In this document: in pieces, positions 9,335 through 18,194 of the stretch
Position numbering within the stretch: position 1 is the first letter of the stretch
Layout: each line of letters starts with the position of its first letter
IMG/VR virus record: IMGVR_UViG_3300025141_016305
Span: 64,001-128,000 of that record
DNA length: 64,000 bases
Origin: a virus
Direction: 5' to 3' (one strand)
Notes under the pieces: model-generated
Told to the model about the DNA's origin: nothing
Seen by the model: only the letters and a program-made list of their open reading frames with translations
Database searches by the model: none
Position numbers and translations under genes: made by a program

Positions 9335-10252
9335 TCAAAAATTAAGTTTGTATTTTAAATAGTCCAAATCTGAAACAAAATCCGCATTTTGTTTCCTCTT
9401 TTCGACCTCTTCCTTTGGCATTTCGCCAATGTCTGCGAAAGGTGTTATCGAAAACGTCTTCACAGATATATTGTATTCTCTCAGTTTTTTGGCAATTCTC
9501 AGCTCTTTATCTTTTGCATCTTCGTCCAAAGAGATATAAACATCTGGCTGTCTGTCACATATTTTTTGAAATAGTTTTGATTTCTCTCTCAGAGTTGAAC
9601 CAAGCAGGGGGATTGCATTTTTGCACTTCATCGCATCAAACACGCCCTCTACTAAAAGTATATCATCATCCCAATCGATATTTAAGTCATTGAAAATAAT
9701 GTCCTTACTAACTTGAGGATTTTTGTATTTGGCCCAATCGTCTGCGTAAGACCTAGCGATAAAAAAGTTTAGATTTCCGAGATGGTCAAAAGATGGAACG
9801 ATTACTCTGTCCTTGTATTCACCATAGTTACAAAACCCAACTTTCCACTTGAGAATATCCAGATCGGTATATCCTCGCGCATACATATAATTTAAAGCCT
9901 TCCTTTTGACAGGGGTCTTTTTTCCTGTTAAAGTCTGAAAATGCTCTGGTAAATCAATAATTTGTGGTGGAGGCTTTATTTCTTCTGCGAAGATCGTGTC
10001 ATATTTGGAAAGATCAACTTCTCCTTCTAGTAGTCTCCAGTCCGCATAATAAGACGGAGCATACCGCCGGATCAGTGGAGATATTTTTGTTCCAGAGTAA
10101 TCGCATATCCAGCACTTAAACACTCCCTTTTCAGGATTAACTGAAAGCTTTAGCTTGTGGTGATTACACTTTGGACAATGAAAAAGGTGCTCTTCTCCGT
10201 TTGACCAGCATCGCCCTAGGGCTTTTTTAAGTAGTTTCAGCTTGTCCGACAA
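9335..10252 (-). CDS. DNA primase (zinc finger plus TOPRIM)
   Basis: CPKC...CWIC zinc finger; RVIVP/FIARS catalytic core; TOPRIM LVEGVFD, LGS, SLDED; TTG start. Confidence 0.9.
   Translation of the reverse strand: MSDKLKLLKKALGRCWSNGEEHLFHCPKCNHHKLKLSVNPEKGVFKCWICDYSGTKISPLIRRYAPSYYADWRLLEGEVDLSKYDTIFAEEIKPPPQIIDLPEHFQTLTGKKTPVKRKALNYMYARGYTDLDILKWKVGFCNYGEYKDRVIVPSFDHLGNLNFFIARSYADDWAKYKNPQVSKDIIFNDLNIDWDDDILLVEGVFDAMKCKNAIPLLGSTLREKSKLFQKICDRQPDVYISLDEDAKDKELRIAKKLREYNISVKTFSITPFADIGEMPKEEVEKRKQNADFVSDLDYLKYKLNF
9354..9363 (-). promoter_or_regulatory. Candidate late-promoter motif (sense ACTATTTAAA) in the 3' end of the primase gene
   Basis: Matches the recurring motif, 29 nt upstream of ATG 9324. 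Confidence 0.5.
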
Positions 10253-10766
10253 GTTTTGACCCCGCTAATCCAATTACAATACTGTCACACATGTCATAAG
10301 TCCCGGGTTTGGGATTTCCATGTTTTGTATATTCTATCGTAATTTGAGGGTAGTTGTCAAGGACAAATTGCAACACTTTTTCTTTGGCGATTTCTCCGCG
10401 ATGAATTTTAACCCCAGCAACCTTTCGGGCCGAAGTTGCTGCTATCATTTCCGGCTTCATTCCGAAAATTTCATAACATTGCCATGATACAATACCATTG
10501 AAGCGAGAAAGTGTCGATAATGTACGAGCAGAGGAAAAACCACTACGAAAAGATTGCAAGGATTGTTCAACGTATATATTTGTTATGTTATGGTTTTTTT
10601 TAATTTTCAACAAATCATCCTTTAAAAGGTCGGCTTTCTCATATAAAGTAGGAAACTTTCGCTTATTTCTAGTATCCCAAATGAAGCTTTCGATTATTTT
10701 ATTATCTTCTATTATAGAAGCTCCCGTAATAGATGTTGATATATCAAGTCCTAGAATTTTTTTCAT
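10227..10766 (-). CDS. RuvC-like Holliday junction resolvase
   Basis: ILGLDISTSITG, IYVEQ and DMCDSIVIG give the D-E-D-D acidic tetrad in a 179-aa RNase H-type fold. Confidence 0.85.
   Translation of the reverse strand: MKKILGLDISTSITGASIIEDNKIIESFIWDTRNKRKFPTLYEKADLLKDDLLKIKKNHNITNIYVEQSLQSFRSGFSSARTLSTLSRFNGIVSWQCYEIFGMKPEMIAATSARKVAGVKIHRGEIAKEKVLQFVLDNYPQITIEYTKHGNPKPGTYDMCDSIVIGLAGSKLVGQAETT
10331..10360 (-). promoter_or_regulatory. Sigma70-type promoter embedded in the resolvase gene, upstream of primase
   Basis: TTGACA (10360-10355), 18-nt spacer, TAGAAT (10336-10331), about 80 nt before the primase start. Confidence 0.55.
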
Positions 10767-11415
10767 ATAATATTTTTAACAACCTCTCTAAAGTGTTTTC
10801 TTTTTTTTCTTCATCTTCAGAAAAATACCATTTCCACACCAATGTTGATTCTATCATATGTAATTGCCTTTTGATATCATTTATTTTTTGTTGTGTTAAT
10901 TTTATTTTTGCCTCCGGGACAACTGGTATGTCTATTCCCAATTCTAGGGCGACATCTGCTAAAGTGACCAAATTATCGTCTTCCATGGCAGCGATAGCCT
11001 TTTTAAAAAGAGCTTCTTTTTCTTTTTTAGTTTCCCCCTCCAAAGAACTAGTTTTGTCAGGATGTATTTTTGATGCGATTTTTTTAAAAAGCTTTTTAAC
11101 TTCAGGATCCTTTGATTTATCCTGCTCTACTTTCTTTTTGCTTATTTCTTCTGGTGTTGGGCCAGGGGTTGGCGGACGTTGATGGGATTGTTGATTTGGA
11201 TCAGGCTTTGCAACTTGCCTGATCTTATCGCTCTCTGGTTCGTCATCTTCTTTGATGTCTTCTAAATTTTCGGCCGAAGTTGAAAATTTATTCTGATAGA
11301 TAGTATCAACTTCCTTTGCTGCACTGTTAAATATTTCCTTGGCAACGGCAAGTTCTGATGTTAAAGATCCCAACTTAACAGACAAAAGTTTTATCTTTCT
11401 ATGAGCGGGAGACAC
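10744..11415 (-). CDS. J-domain (DnaJ-like) protein
   Basis: EVKKLFKKIASKIHPDK...LFKKAIAA: helix II, HPD, helix III of a J domain, flanked by coiled coils. Confidence 0.8.
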   Translation of the reverse strand: MSPAHRKIKLLSVKLGSLTSELAVAKEIFNSAAKEVDTIYQNKFSTSAENLEDIKEDDEPESDKIRQVAKPDPNQQSHQRPPTPGPTPEEISKKKVEQDKSKDPEVKKLFKKIASKIHPDKTSSLEGETKKEKEALFKKAIAAMEDDNLVTLADVALELGIDIPVVPEAKIKLTQQKINDIKRQLHMIESTLVWKWYFSEDEEKKENTLERLLKILYEKNSRT

Positions 11416-12629
11416 TAAAAGTCCAGCCGCAACTTAAACATATAATCTTTATATTCACTTTTCTTTACAGGATTTGCCAATGACGCGACGGCTATTAAGT
11501 TTTTATGTTCATCATATATTCCTATTTTCGAAATATATGTTACGTTCTCAAATCTCGAATCATAACCAGTAAATCCAGAATTCTTAACATTTTTTATTTG
11601 GCCAGGAGACTCTATAAACCCTGCTTGGTCTAAACTACCTGATGCTTTATTGTTTTTGTCAATAAACGTTGGGTTATTAGAGTAGTTAAATTCCGAAGCG
11701 TCGGCGTGGGCTAGCATTGTAATTGTCGGTATCTTATTGGTTCCCTTAAACTTTACTTCGTACGAGGAATCAATTACATCGCCATGGGTAATTTTTGTTC
11801 CCACCATATCAAGGCCGGTTCCGAAAGATAGCCAATTGGGTGCAGAGTTACTCCCGGGTGCTAGGTATTTATCTTGATATGTACTGTTTTGGGCCAAGGC
11901 GCCTGTCAATAGCATAATCCCTTGATTGTATAATACCATGCCAATTTGTGACCCGGAATGAATTCCATGAGTTGATATCAGTTCTCCGTTACCGTAAATA
12001 TCTTTTGCTTGAGATGTTAAAGATCCGGTCACATAAAAATTCAATTCTACCGTCTCTTTTATCATTTCAGATCCATAAAATATAGATGGAACACAAATCA
12101 TGTTAACCTTGCTGGTTCCCAAGGTGCTATATTTAACGGCTGTTTTTGTCAAGGGGTTTTGAGTGTTTATGACATTTTTTAAAGCCCGAATATATTTTTT
12201 GTTATCTGCCGCAAAAGATGGATTCCCAGCGCCCTGTGCAGAAAAAGTATTTTCATCAAACTCTTGGCCGGTGTCGATGTATATTCTACTAATCGAGGCT
12301 GTTAAAGGCAAGGTGTGAGTCAGAGTGTCTCCATTGGAAAACTGGCTTGAATCATCAAATTGTGTTGCACTAATAGATCTAAACGCATACCTTGTTGTAT
12401 CTTTTGAAACAAATTGACTAACCAGGGAATTTGCGGGGCGATTAATATTAAGCTCGTATAAACTAACATTGCCCTGTTCCATATGTTTTACATTGTTTTC
12501 AAAGCTACCGCTAAAATTTTCTTCGTAATTTAGATATACATTGTTGTTGTTGATTATGAAGTTAAACTCGGGCTTTGCGACAATTGTGCTGTAAACAATG
12601 TCCCTTGTTTTAAACTTCTTGAAAGACAT
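11415..12629 (-). CDS. Virion structural protein (tail-collar/baseplate-like), paralogue of 12632..13999
   Basis: Shares EFNYSxNPT, Y(I/V)xx(I/V)GxY...NxLxAVAxLxxPxxK and a terminal L-x-x-RLD(F/Y) with the neighbouring gene. Confidence 0.65.
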   Translation of the reverse strand: MSFKKFKTRDIVYSTIVAKPEFNFIINNNNVYLNYEENFSGSFENNVKHMEQGNVSLYELNINRPANSLVSQFVSKDTTRYAFRSISATQFDDSSQFSNGDTLTHTLPLTASISRIYIDTGQEFDENTFSAQGAGNPSFAADNKKYIRALKNVINTQNPLTKTAVKYSTLGTSKVNMICVPSIFYGSEMIKETVELNFYVTGSLTSQAKDIYGNGELISTHGIHSGSQIGMVLYNQGIMLLTGALAQNSTYQDKYLAPGSNSAPNWLSFGTGLDMVGTKITHGDVIDSSYEVKFKGTNKIPTITMLAHADASEFNYSNNPTFIDKNNKASGSLDQAGFIESPGQIKNVKNSGFTGYDSRFENVTYISKIGIYDEHKNLIAVASLANPVKKSEYKDYMFKLRLDF

Positions 12630-12631
12630 TT

Positions 12632-13999
12632 TTAGTAATCCAGTCTAACCCTCAGAGTTAGCTCATTAGTAGGGTCTTTGCGCAAAGGCTCAGAAAGCTT
12701 TGCAACAGCTAACAATTCATTGTCAGCAGAATACATACCCACAGTCGTAACATAGGATCTGGGTAGAGCATCATACTCTCCGCCTTTGACTCTTATTTGT
12801 GACCCAGTTAAGTACGTAGGATTAGAACTATAATTAAATTCATTGTGATTTCCTCTGCAAAAATAAATAGTAGAATTTAATTCTGTTGTATTGTTGAACT
12901 GTATATTACAAATTCTGTGACGGTAATTATCACACATATCATTTATTGTACCAGATGCAAGCAAATTTTGAATCGGTGCATTAAGCGCGACACCATCTGT
13001 AGGGTATCTCGTGGCTGAGCTGGTCAAATTCATTGCTGCATTTACGCTTAACAAGCCGTCCATATCACGTTGGGCGTCGATATATCCGCCGACGGGATCA
13101 TCGGATGGTGAGGCCGCGTTGTACCCACCAACGTTGTGTAATCTTGAGTGGTCCAGCACCACAATTCCTGCTTGATAATATATTAAACCAACATTTAATC
13201 CAGTTCCACCGTTGGCAGAATTTGAAATTTGTATATGCCAAATTGTGTCTCCGCTTATTTCTGATGCTTTTAAAATTCCATACTCGCCGGCGGGTGAATT
13301 AATTTTATAGCTAGACTCTGCACCCGAATCAGAAATTCTTATTTGAGGACCTTTGGGTCCTTGAGGCAATGCGGTTGTCTTGTCATAACGGCCGACACCA
13401 TAATCGAACTGAAATGACCCTTTCTTTATTTCATCCTTAACAAGCAGTCTGGAAAAATTAATGAAAACTGGATCTAGAATTTTTTGTTGCAAGCGCCCAA
13501 AGGCACCGCGTCTGCCGTCGGCATCGGATGTAATGTCTGAATCGTTAAAATTTCCGTCTCTGTCAAACACTCTTATGTCGCCGTTTGAATCATAGCCGAG
13601 TAGTTGCTGAGCCATTTGATTGTATATATTGACTCTTTTGTTTGCTTGACCCAAACCAGAACCCGTAACGACTCTTTCATACAGTTGATCAGCATGTTCG
13701 TATACGCCCTCGAAGGAAGTCGCCATAGAGCCAGTGTTGGGAATTTTTCTGACTATACCACACGTGAGATCAAATAAATGATTTGCCGATGAACTAACAC
13801 ATGGATAGTCATATACAGACTGAAACATACCGTGAGTAAATGTTTTAATGTTATTCCCTCTCACTACAGTGTCAGTGCCTGCAGACTCTGCATAGGTGCC
13901 TGAAACCAATGTACCTGTAATTGGGATTGCCTCGTGAAGAAGCGTTCTGGAGTGGGCTCTTTCTGATTCCCCTAAACTTTTAAAAAATGTATTGGCCAT
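12632..13999 (-). CDS. Virion structural protein (tail-collar/baseplate-like)
   Basis: C-terminus YVTTVGMYSADNELLAVAKLSEPLRKD...LRVRLDY resembles the C-half of the P2 gpH-type tail-collar domain (DUF3751). Confidence 0.65.
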   Translation of the reverse strand: MANTFFKSLGESERAHSRTLLHEAIPITGTLVSGTYAESAGTDTVVRGNNIKTFTHGMFQSVYDYPCVSSSANHLFDLTCGIVRKIPNTGSMATSFEGVYEHADQLYERVVTGSGLGQANKRVNIYNQMAQQLLGYDSNGDIRVFDRDGNFNDSDITSDADGRRGAFGRLQQKILDPVFINFSRLLVKDEIKKGSFQFDYGVGRYDKTTALPQGPKGPQIRISDSGAESSYKINSPAGEYGILKASEISGDTIWHIQISNSANGGTGLNVGLIYYQAGIVVLDHSRLHNVGGYNAASPSDDPVGGYIDAQRDMDGLLSVNAAMNLTSSATRYPTDGVALNAPIQNLLASGTINDMCDNYRHRICNIQFNNTTELNSTIYFCRGNHNEFNYSSNPTYLTGSQIRVKGGEYDALPRSYVTTVGMYSADNELLAVAKLSEPLRKDPTNELTLRVRLDY

Positions 14000-14018
14000 T
14001 ATGTTCTCCTAACTTATG

Positions 14019-15056
14019 TTAAACCTTTTTTATTATTCTTATCGGTACATCAATCGACTGCCCTGTCGTAACACCTACAACATTTATACTAGTGTCTATG
14101 TATTTGTAACTGGCAATAGATGCGCCGGATCCGTCGAATAAAGATATTGCAGCGGAAGAATCATTACCAAACTTATTGAATAAGGACATAGAATTTCTTA
14201 TATTGGGGGCAGCTTTAGGTCGGATACTCAGAACAGTGCCGAGTGGGCCGTCGAAACGCTCCACTTCTTTTGCACGATCTAAAGCGTCCGAGTCCATAGT
14301 TCTACTGATTTTCTTCCTCTTTCTTATATTTGCTCTGGGACCATATACTGTTCCTCTGGTATTGTCGCCCAAAGCAAAATAATATGTAGCCATAGAATCA
14401 TCATCCACAAATTGTGGTGCTAGCGCTGGTAACTCTCCGGAGCCAACATACTCACTTAACCTTATCAAGCGATGATCTACTCTTACCAAGAACGCTGTTT
14501 CCAACAGATCGGCAGGCATTTCATCAACAATGCTCAAGCCCGAAGATGATGCATCTCCTTGGATTCCTGTATCTACCGATATGCCTTTGCACAAATCATA
14601 TGGTGAATCGTCACCCAGTAAAACCCCCACTTTGGAACGACCTATGTTCGAAGCGTTGCCATTTGTTGTCGTGTTATAATCAGCAGTCAAAATGTAACCT
14701 TCCAAACTAAAACTTGTTCTTGCAGACATGTTACCAGCTATTTTTTGGCCGGTGCCTCCGTCACTTAACTTGAATGTCGGCATATATAATATATTGTTTC
14801 TATTGATTGTAACCAGCTTACTCTTCATAAGAGATGTGTTATTGGTAAAGGCTTCCAAAATTGGCGTCTGCATAACTTCAAGATCATAAAAGGCGGATCC
14901 ACTTGGGTGTGAAGAATTGTATATACCATAATTTATTTCTTCATCACCAAAAGCAAACTTAACAATCTTAAAATTTCCTTTTGCTAATCTTTGGCGGCCG
15001 GCGTCGGTGAGAACCGCGTCTAATATAATATCGCCCGAGTTATCTAAAAATGCCAT
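14019..15056 (-). CDS. Virion structural protein with a tail-collar-like N-terminus
   Basis: DAVLTDAGRQRLAKGNFKIVKFAFGDEEINY; same N-terminal motif as 21400..22236. Confidence 0.65.
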   Translation of the reverse strand: MAFLDNSGDIILDAVLTDAGRQRLAKGNFKIVKFAFGDEEINYGIYNSSHPSGSAFYDLEVMQTPILEAFTNNTSLMKSKLVTINRNNILYMPTFKLSDGGTGQKIAGNMSARTSFSLEGYILTADYNTTTNGNASNIGRSKVGVLLGDDSPYDLCKGISVDTGIQGDASSSGLSIVDEMPADLLETAFLVRVDHRLIRLSEYVGSGELPALAPQFVDDDSMATYYFALGDNTRGTVYGPRANIRKRKKISRTMDSDALDRAKEVERFDGPLGTVLSIRPKAAPNIRNSMSLFNKFGNDSSAAISLFDGSGASIASYKYIDTSINVVGVTTGQSIDVPIRIIKKV

Positions 15057-15085
15057 TAATATACTCCTTTTTACACAAAATCAAT

Positions 15086-15095
15086 TATAAATAGT
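15086..15095 (-). promoter_or_regulatory. Candidate late-promoter motif (sense ACTATTTATA)
   Basis: In a 101-bp intergenic gap, 29 nt upstream of ATG 15056, followed by an AAGGAG RBS. Confidence 0.6.
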
Positions 15096-15157
15096 ATTTT
15101 ACCTCTAATAATTCTATTTTATTTTACTAACAAGACTTACAATTACTGTTCGCTTTG

Positions 15158-18100
15158 CTATCCTATAATGTTACCGTCCTCATCTATCATGTTACCGTAT
15201 TGATCTCTTCTAATGACCGGGCCCGATCGGCCAGACACAACACCAATCACCGCCTCTTTTGGTGGCTCAGTTTTTCCGGTGGCTTTTCTGATCTGTTTTT
15301 GCAATTTCATAACTTCCTTTACAGTCTCCTGTTCAGCGTTTAAAACTAATTTTTTTTCTCTTTTAAATTTAAAATTAATATCTATTTTTTTACTAGTTGT
15401 TTTTGATTTAATCCTTAGCTTAAAATTCTTATCCCAAACTTTGCCTTTATCTTCTCCTGTTTCTAGATTTCGTTCTATAGGGTGGCCTATTTCGAAATTA
15501 TCTATACTTGGAGCGCTGGCGTAGAAATCTCTTAGCTGTTCTGGACTTACATTATCTAAATCAATATCGGGAAACGCGAGAGCGCGCTGTCTAAATGCTG
15601 GCTCTATTTTGATTATTTTTTGAAAATACATCGGATCTAAACTTCTAGGCTTCCTCAATTCTATCGCCTCCATATCTAAAAATATACCATTCTGATAGCT
15701 AACCATTCGGGCGCGGAAAACCTCTGTGGGATTTGAAATTCCGCCATCGTCGATGGCTCTGAAGCAAAAATAATATTGTTTATTGGGTTCAACTGAGAAA
15801 GATACAAAACCTGTTTTTCCTGTTGCGACTGTGCGAACAGATCTAGAATTCTTAAAATCTTGATAACTAGTTGGCAAATAATCTAAAACCAAAACTTCAA
15901 ATTGTGTTGGCAAACTATCAGACCCAAAACCTAATTTATCTTGGGCGGTTTTTCCTTGATTTTCTGCCATAAAATCATGGACTTCTCTGTCTGTCTCTTT
16001 TATTTTCACAACCTCTTCTGTGACCCGGCCGGCATTCGATTGCAATAAAACCGATATCTTATCATCTTTCCCTTGATATGGGAGAAACGTGACTTGAGGG
16101 AACATAGGGGGCTTATCAAAAACTGTAATTTGTTTTTCAAAAAAAGGTGTTTCTATTATATTGAATCGAGTGTTCGACAAGACAGTAACTTTGGTTTTAA
16201 GCAATGTTGGGCCAGGAGACGGAGAACTTGTGCCCTCTTCTTTCTTCTCTTGTTTTCCAGAATTATCAGCCTCTTTTTCTTTTTCTTCTAGTAATTCTGC
16301 TGCCTCTTCATCTGTATACTCTATTACTGCAATTGTACCATCCGGTTTTCTGACTGTTGCTTTTATCGGGGTGCCACTAAATTGATCATAAATAATCTCT
16401 ATTATTGTATATTGGTTTTCATCTGCTTCGTCTTTTGCAACAAATCTATCACCTCCTGCACTTGATGGCGCCGTTTGTGCCACCTGTGTTTCGCCAGAAG
16501 GTGTTGTATTGGGAAGTCTATATGCATAGTCTGTTGCAATTACAAAGTTAATTGCATTAACTCTATAGATGTATTTTTTACCGGTAATGATTTGTGTGTC
16601 TATAAAGTTTATTTCCAAAACTTCTCCACTATCTGAAAAATAAAAATCTTGCATAACTTCGTTGGTATTTGCATTTATTTTTTCGACGTGATAAGCTACA
16701 ATTTCTGAGTGTGCTTTTTTCCCTTCTAAAATCTCTGCGAATGTTCTTGTAAGGTTATTCTGCTTCACATATTTTCTGAGGTCGTTTAAAAATATTTGGC
16801 TTGAGATCGCATCTTCGAACTTTAATAATCTTTCAGGCTTGTCATCTCCGTAATGTCCTAAAGGATATTGAGCTTGGTTTGAGGCGTAACCTCCTCCTGT
16901 GGAGGATAGATGTTTTAGCTTTTGTTCAAAGTTCATCCATGTTCTGCCTCTTATGCCTGATCGAAAGCGATCGTTTAGAGTTTGTTCCTTGGGGGCAGAA
17001 TTCTTATAATAAATCGTCTCGTCATTAACTTGAGCAAACACTCTATCACGGGCCGGCCAATCATTATTTATCGGAGATATTAAGTCTAACAAATGGCGAT
17101 CCATTTTTGTATTTCTTAAAAATTGTGCAATTGTATTATCCTGTTTTGTATTTATCGCAATAGATACCGAGTTTGCTGCAGTATATTCTAGCTCGGAGTT
17201 TGCCTCTGTGAATAGTTCCACCTTATCGCTAGTAAATTTGTGCACAGTTTCTGATGGTGCTTGTTCCTGTTCTGAGTTGTTTGGTGTTAGAACCGTATCA
17301 TTGTCTGCTTTTTTTGATTTACTTTTTTTATTAAAAATCTCGTATAATGACGGTATTTGATATTCGTCTCTAACTTCGTTTCCAAGCTTGTCCGATAATA
17401 CTACTCTATTTTCAGATAAAGAAATATCAACTACATTAAAGCCAGGAGAGTGAAGGTTCTGTGTCTCCTTCTCTGATATCGGCAGACCTGCTTCAAAAAC
17501 AGAATCGCAATAATAGGGCATTGTATTAAATAAGCCAAACCTATATTCTCTATGCTTATTCTCGTCATAATATGCAGATGACTTGCCGTACATATAAACA
17601 TCAAAAAATATACCGGGCTGGTTTCTAAAATCTCGATAATTTTCTGTTTTAAATTTAGTCCAATATGCATCTAAAGTGACATCGAACATTGTAATAAAAT
17701 CTAAATTTGTGGCAGAATCATCGGTACGAGTTGCACCCATCTTTACATCAAAAGGTATTCCAAGATCTCTTCTTTCGTCTTCATCACCATTCAAAGTGTT
17801 AAGAAATTTTAAAGGATTTTCCTGATACCACATACTGAGGTTGCTAGCTCGGAAATAATCCATTTCCAGTTGTTGCAGTGTAGATCTTTTGCTTTTTATA
17901 ATCGCGGTGGCCGTTCTGATTCCTTCAGCCGGTTGAGGTATCGGTGAAGATATAAAGTATTCTTCATTAACCATCGATATAGTTCTATCTGCGCTGTTCA
18001 CTGGCTCGTGGGGGTCGATTGTTTCCGAAACGTAAAACGCTTCGACTCGGACTTGCGCTTGTTGAACCTCGTCTAAATCTGGATCAATAGTCGGGGGCGT

Positions 18101-18178
18101 ATTCTGACCCGGGACAGTCTCTGCCACTTCGGCCAAAGGCTCTAAATCTAAATCTTTACATGGGTCTGTTATAGACAT
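15158..18178 (-). CDS. Large putative virion protein (1006 aa) with two FN3-like segments
   Basis: FIDTQIITGKKYIYRVNAIN and VEPNKQYYFCFRAIDDGGISNPT resemble FN3 C-terminal strands; lies within the structural module. Confidence 0.6.
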   Translation of the reverse strand: MSITDPCKDLDLEPLAEVAETVPGQNTPPTIDPDLDEVQQAQVRVEAFYVSETIDPHEPVNSADRTISMVNEEYFISSPIPQPAEGIRTATAIIKSKRSTLQQLEMDYFRASNLSMWYQENPLKFLNTLNGDEDERRDLGIPFDVKMGATRTDDSATNLDFITMFDVTLDAYWTKFKTENYRDFRNQPGIFFDVYMYGKSSAYYDENKHREYRFGLFNTMPYYCDSVFEAGLPISEKETQNLHSPGFNVVDISLSENRVVLSDKLGNEVRDEYQIPSLYEIFNKKSKSKKADNDTVLTPNNSEQEQAPSETVHKFTSDKVELFTEANSELEYTAANSVSIAINTKQDNTIAQFLRNTKMDRHLLDLISPINNDWPARDRVFAQVNDETIYYKNSAPKEQTLNDRFRSGIRGRTWMNFEQKLKHLSSTGGGYASNQAQYPLGHYGDDKPERLLKFEDAISSQIFLNDLRKYVKQNNLTRTFAEILEGKKAHSEIVAYHVEKINANTNEVMQDFYFSDSGEVLEINFIDTQIITGKKYIYRVNAINFVIATDYAYRLPNTTPSGETQVAQTAPSSAGGDRFVAKDEADENQYTIIEIIYDQFSGTPIKATVRKPDGTIAVIEYTDEEAAELLEEKEKEADNSGKQEKKEEGTSSPSPGPTLLKTKVTVLSNTRFNIIETPFFEKQITVFDKPPMFPQVTFLPYQGKDDKISVLLQSNAGRVTEEVVKIKETDREVHDFMAENQGKTAQDKLGFGSDSLPTQFEVLVLDYLPTSYQDFKNSRSVRTVATGKTGFVSFSVEPNKQYYFCFRAIDDGGISNPTEVFRARMVSYQNGIFLDMEAIELRKPRSLDPMYFQKIIKIEPAFRQRALAFPDIDLDNVSPEQLRDFYASAPSIDNFEIGHPIERNLETGEDKGKVWDKNFKLRIKSKTTSKKIDINFKFKREKKLVLNAEQETVKEVMKLQKQIRKATGKTEPPKEAVIGVVSGRSGPVIRRDQYGNMIDEDGNIIG

Positions 18179-18194
18179 AATATATTACTCACCT

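Noticed and set aside
1995-10252. Inteins or introns in terminase, Mre11-Rad50 or primase
   Set aside because: Lengths are normal and motifs contiguous; no C...HN splice motifs or homing-endonuclease signatures were seen.
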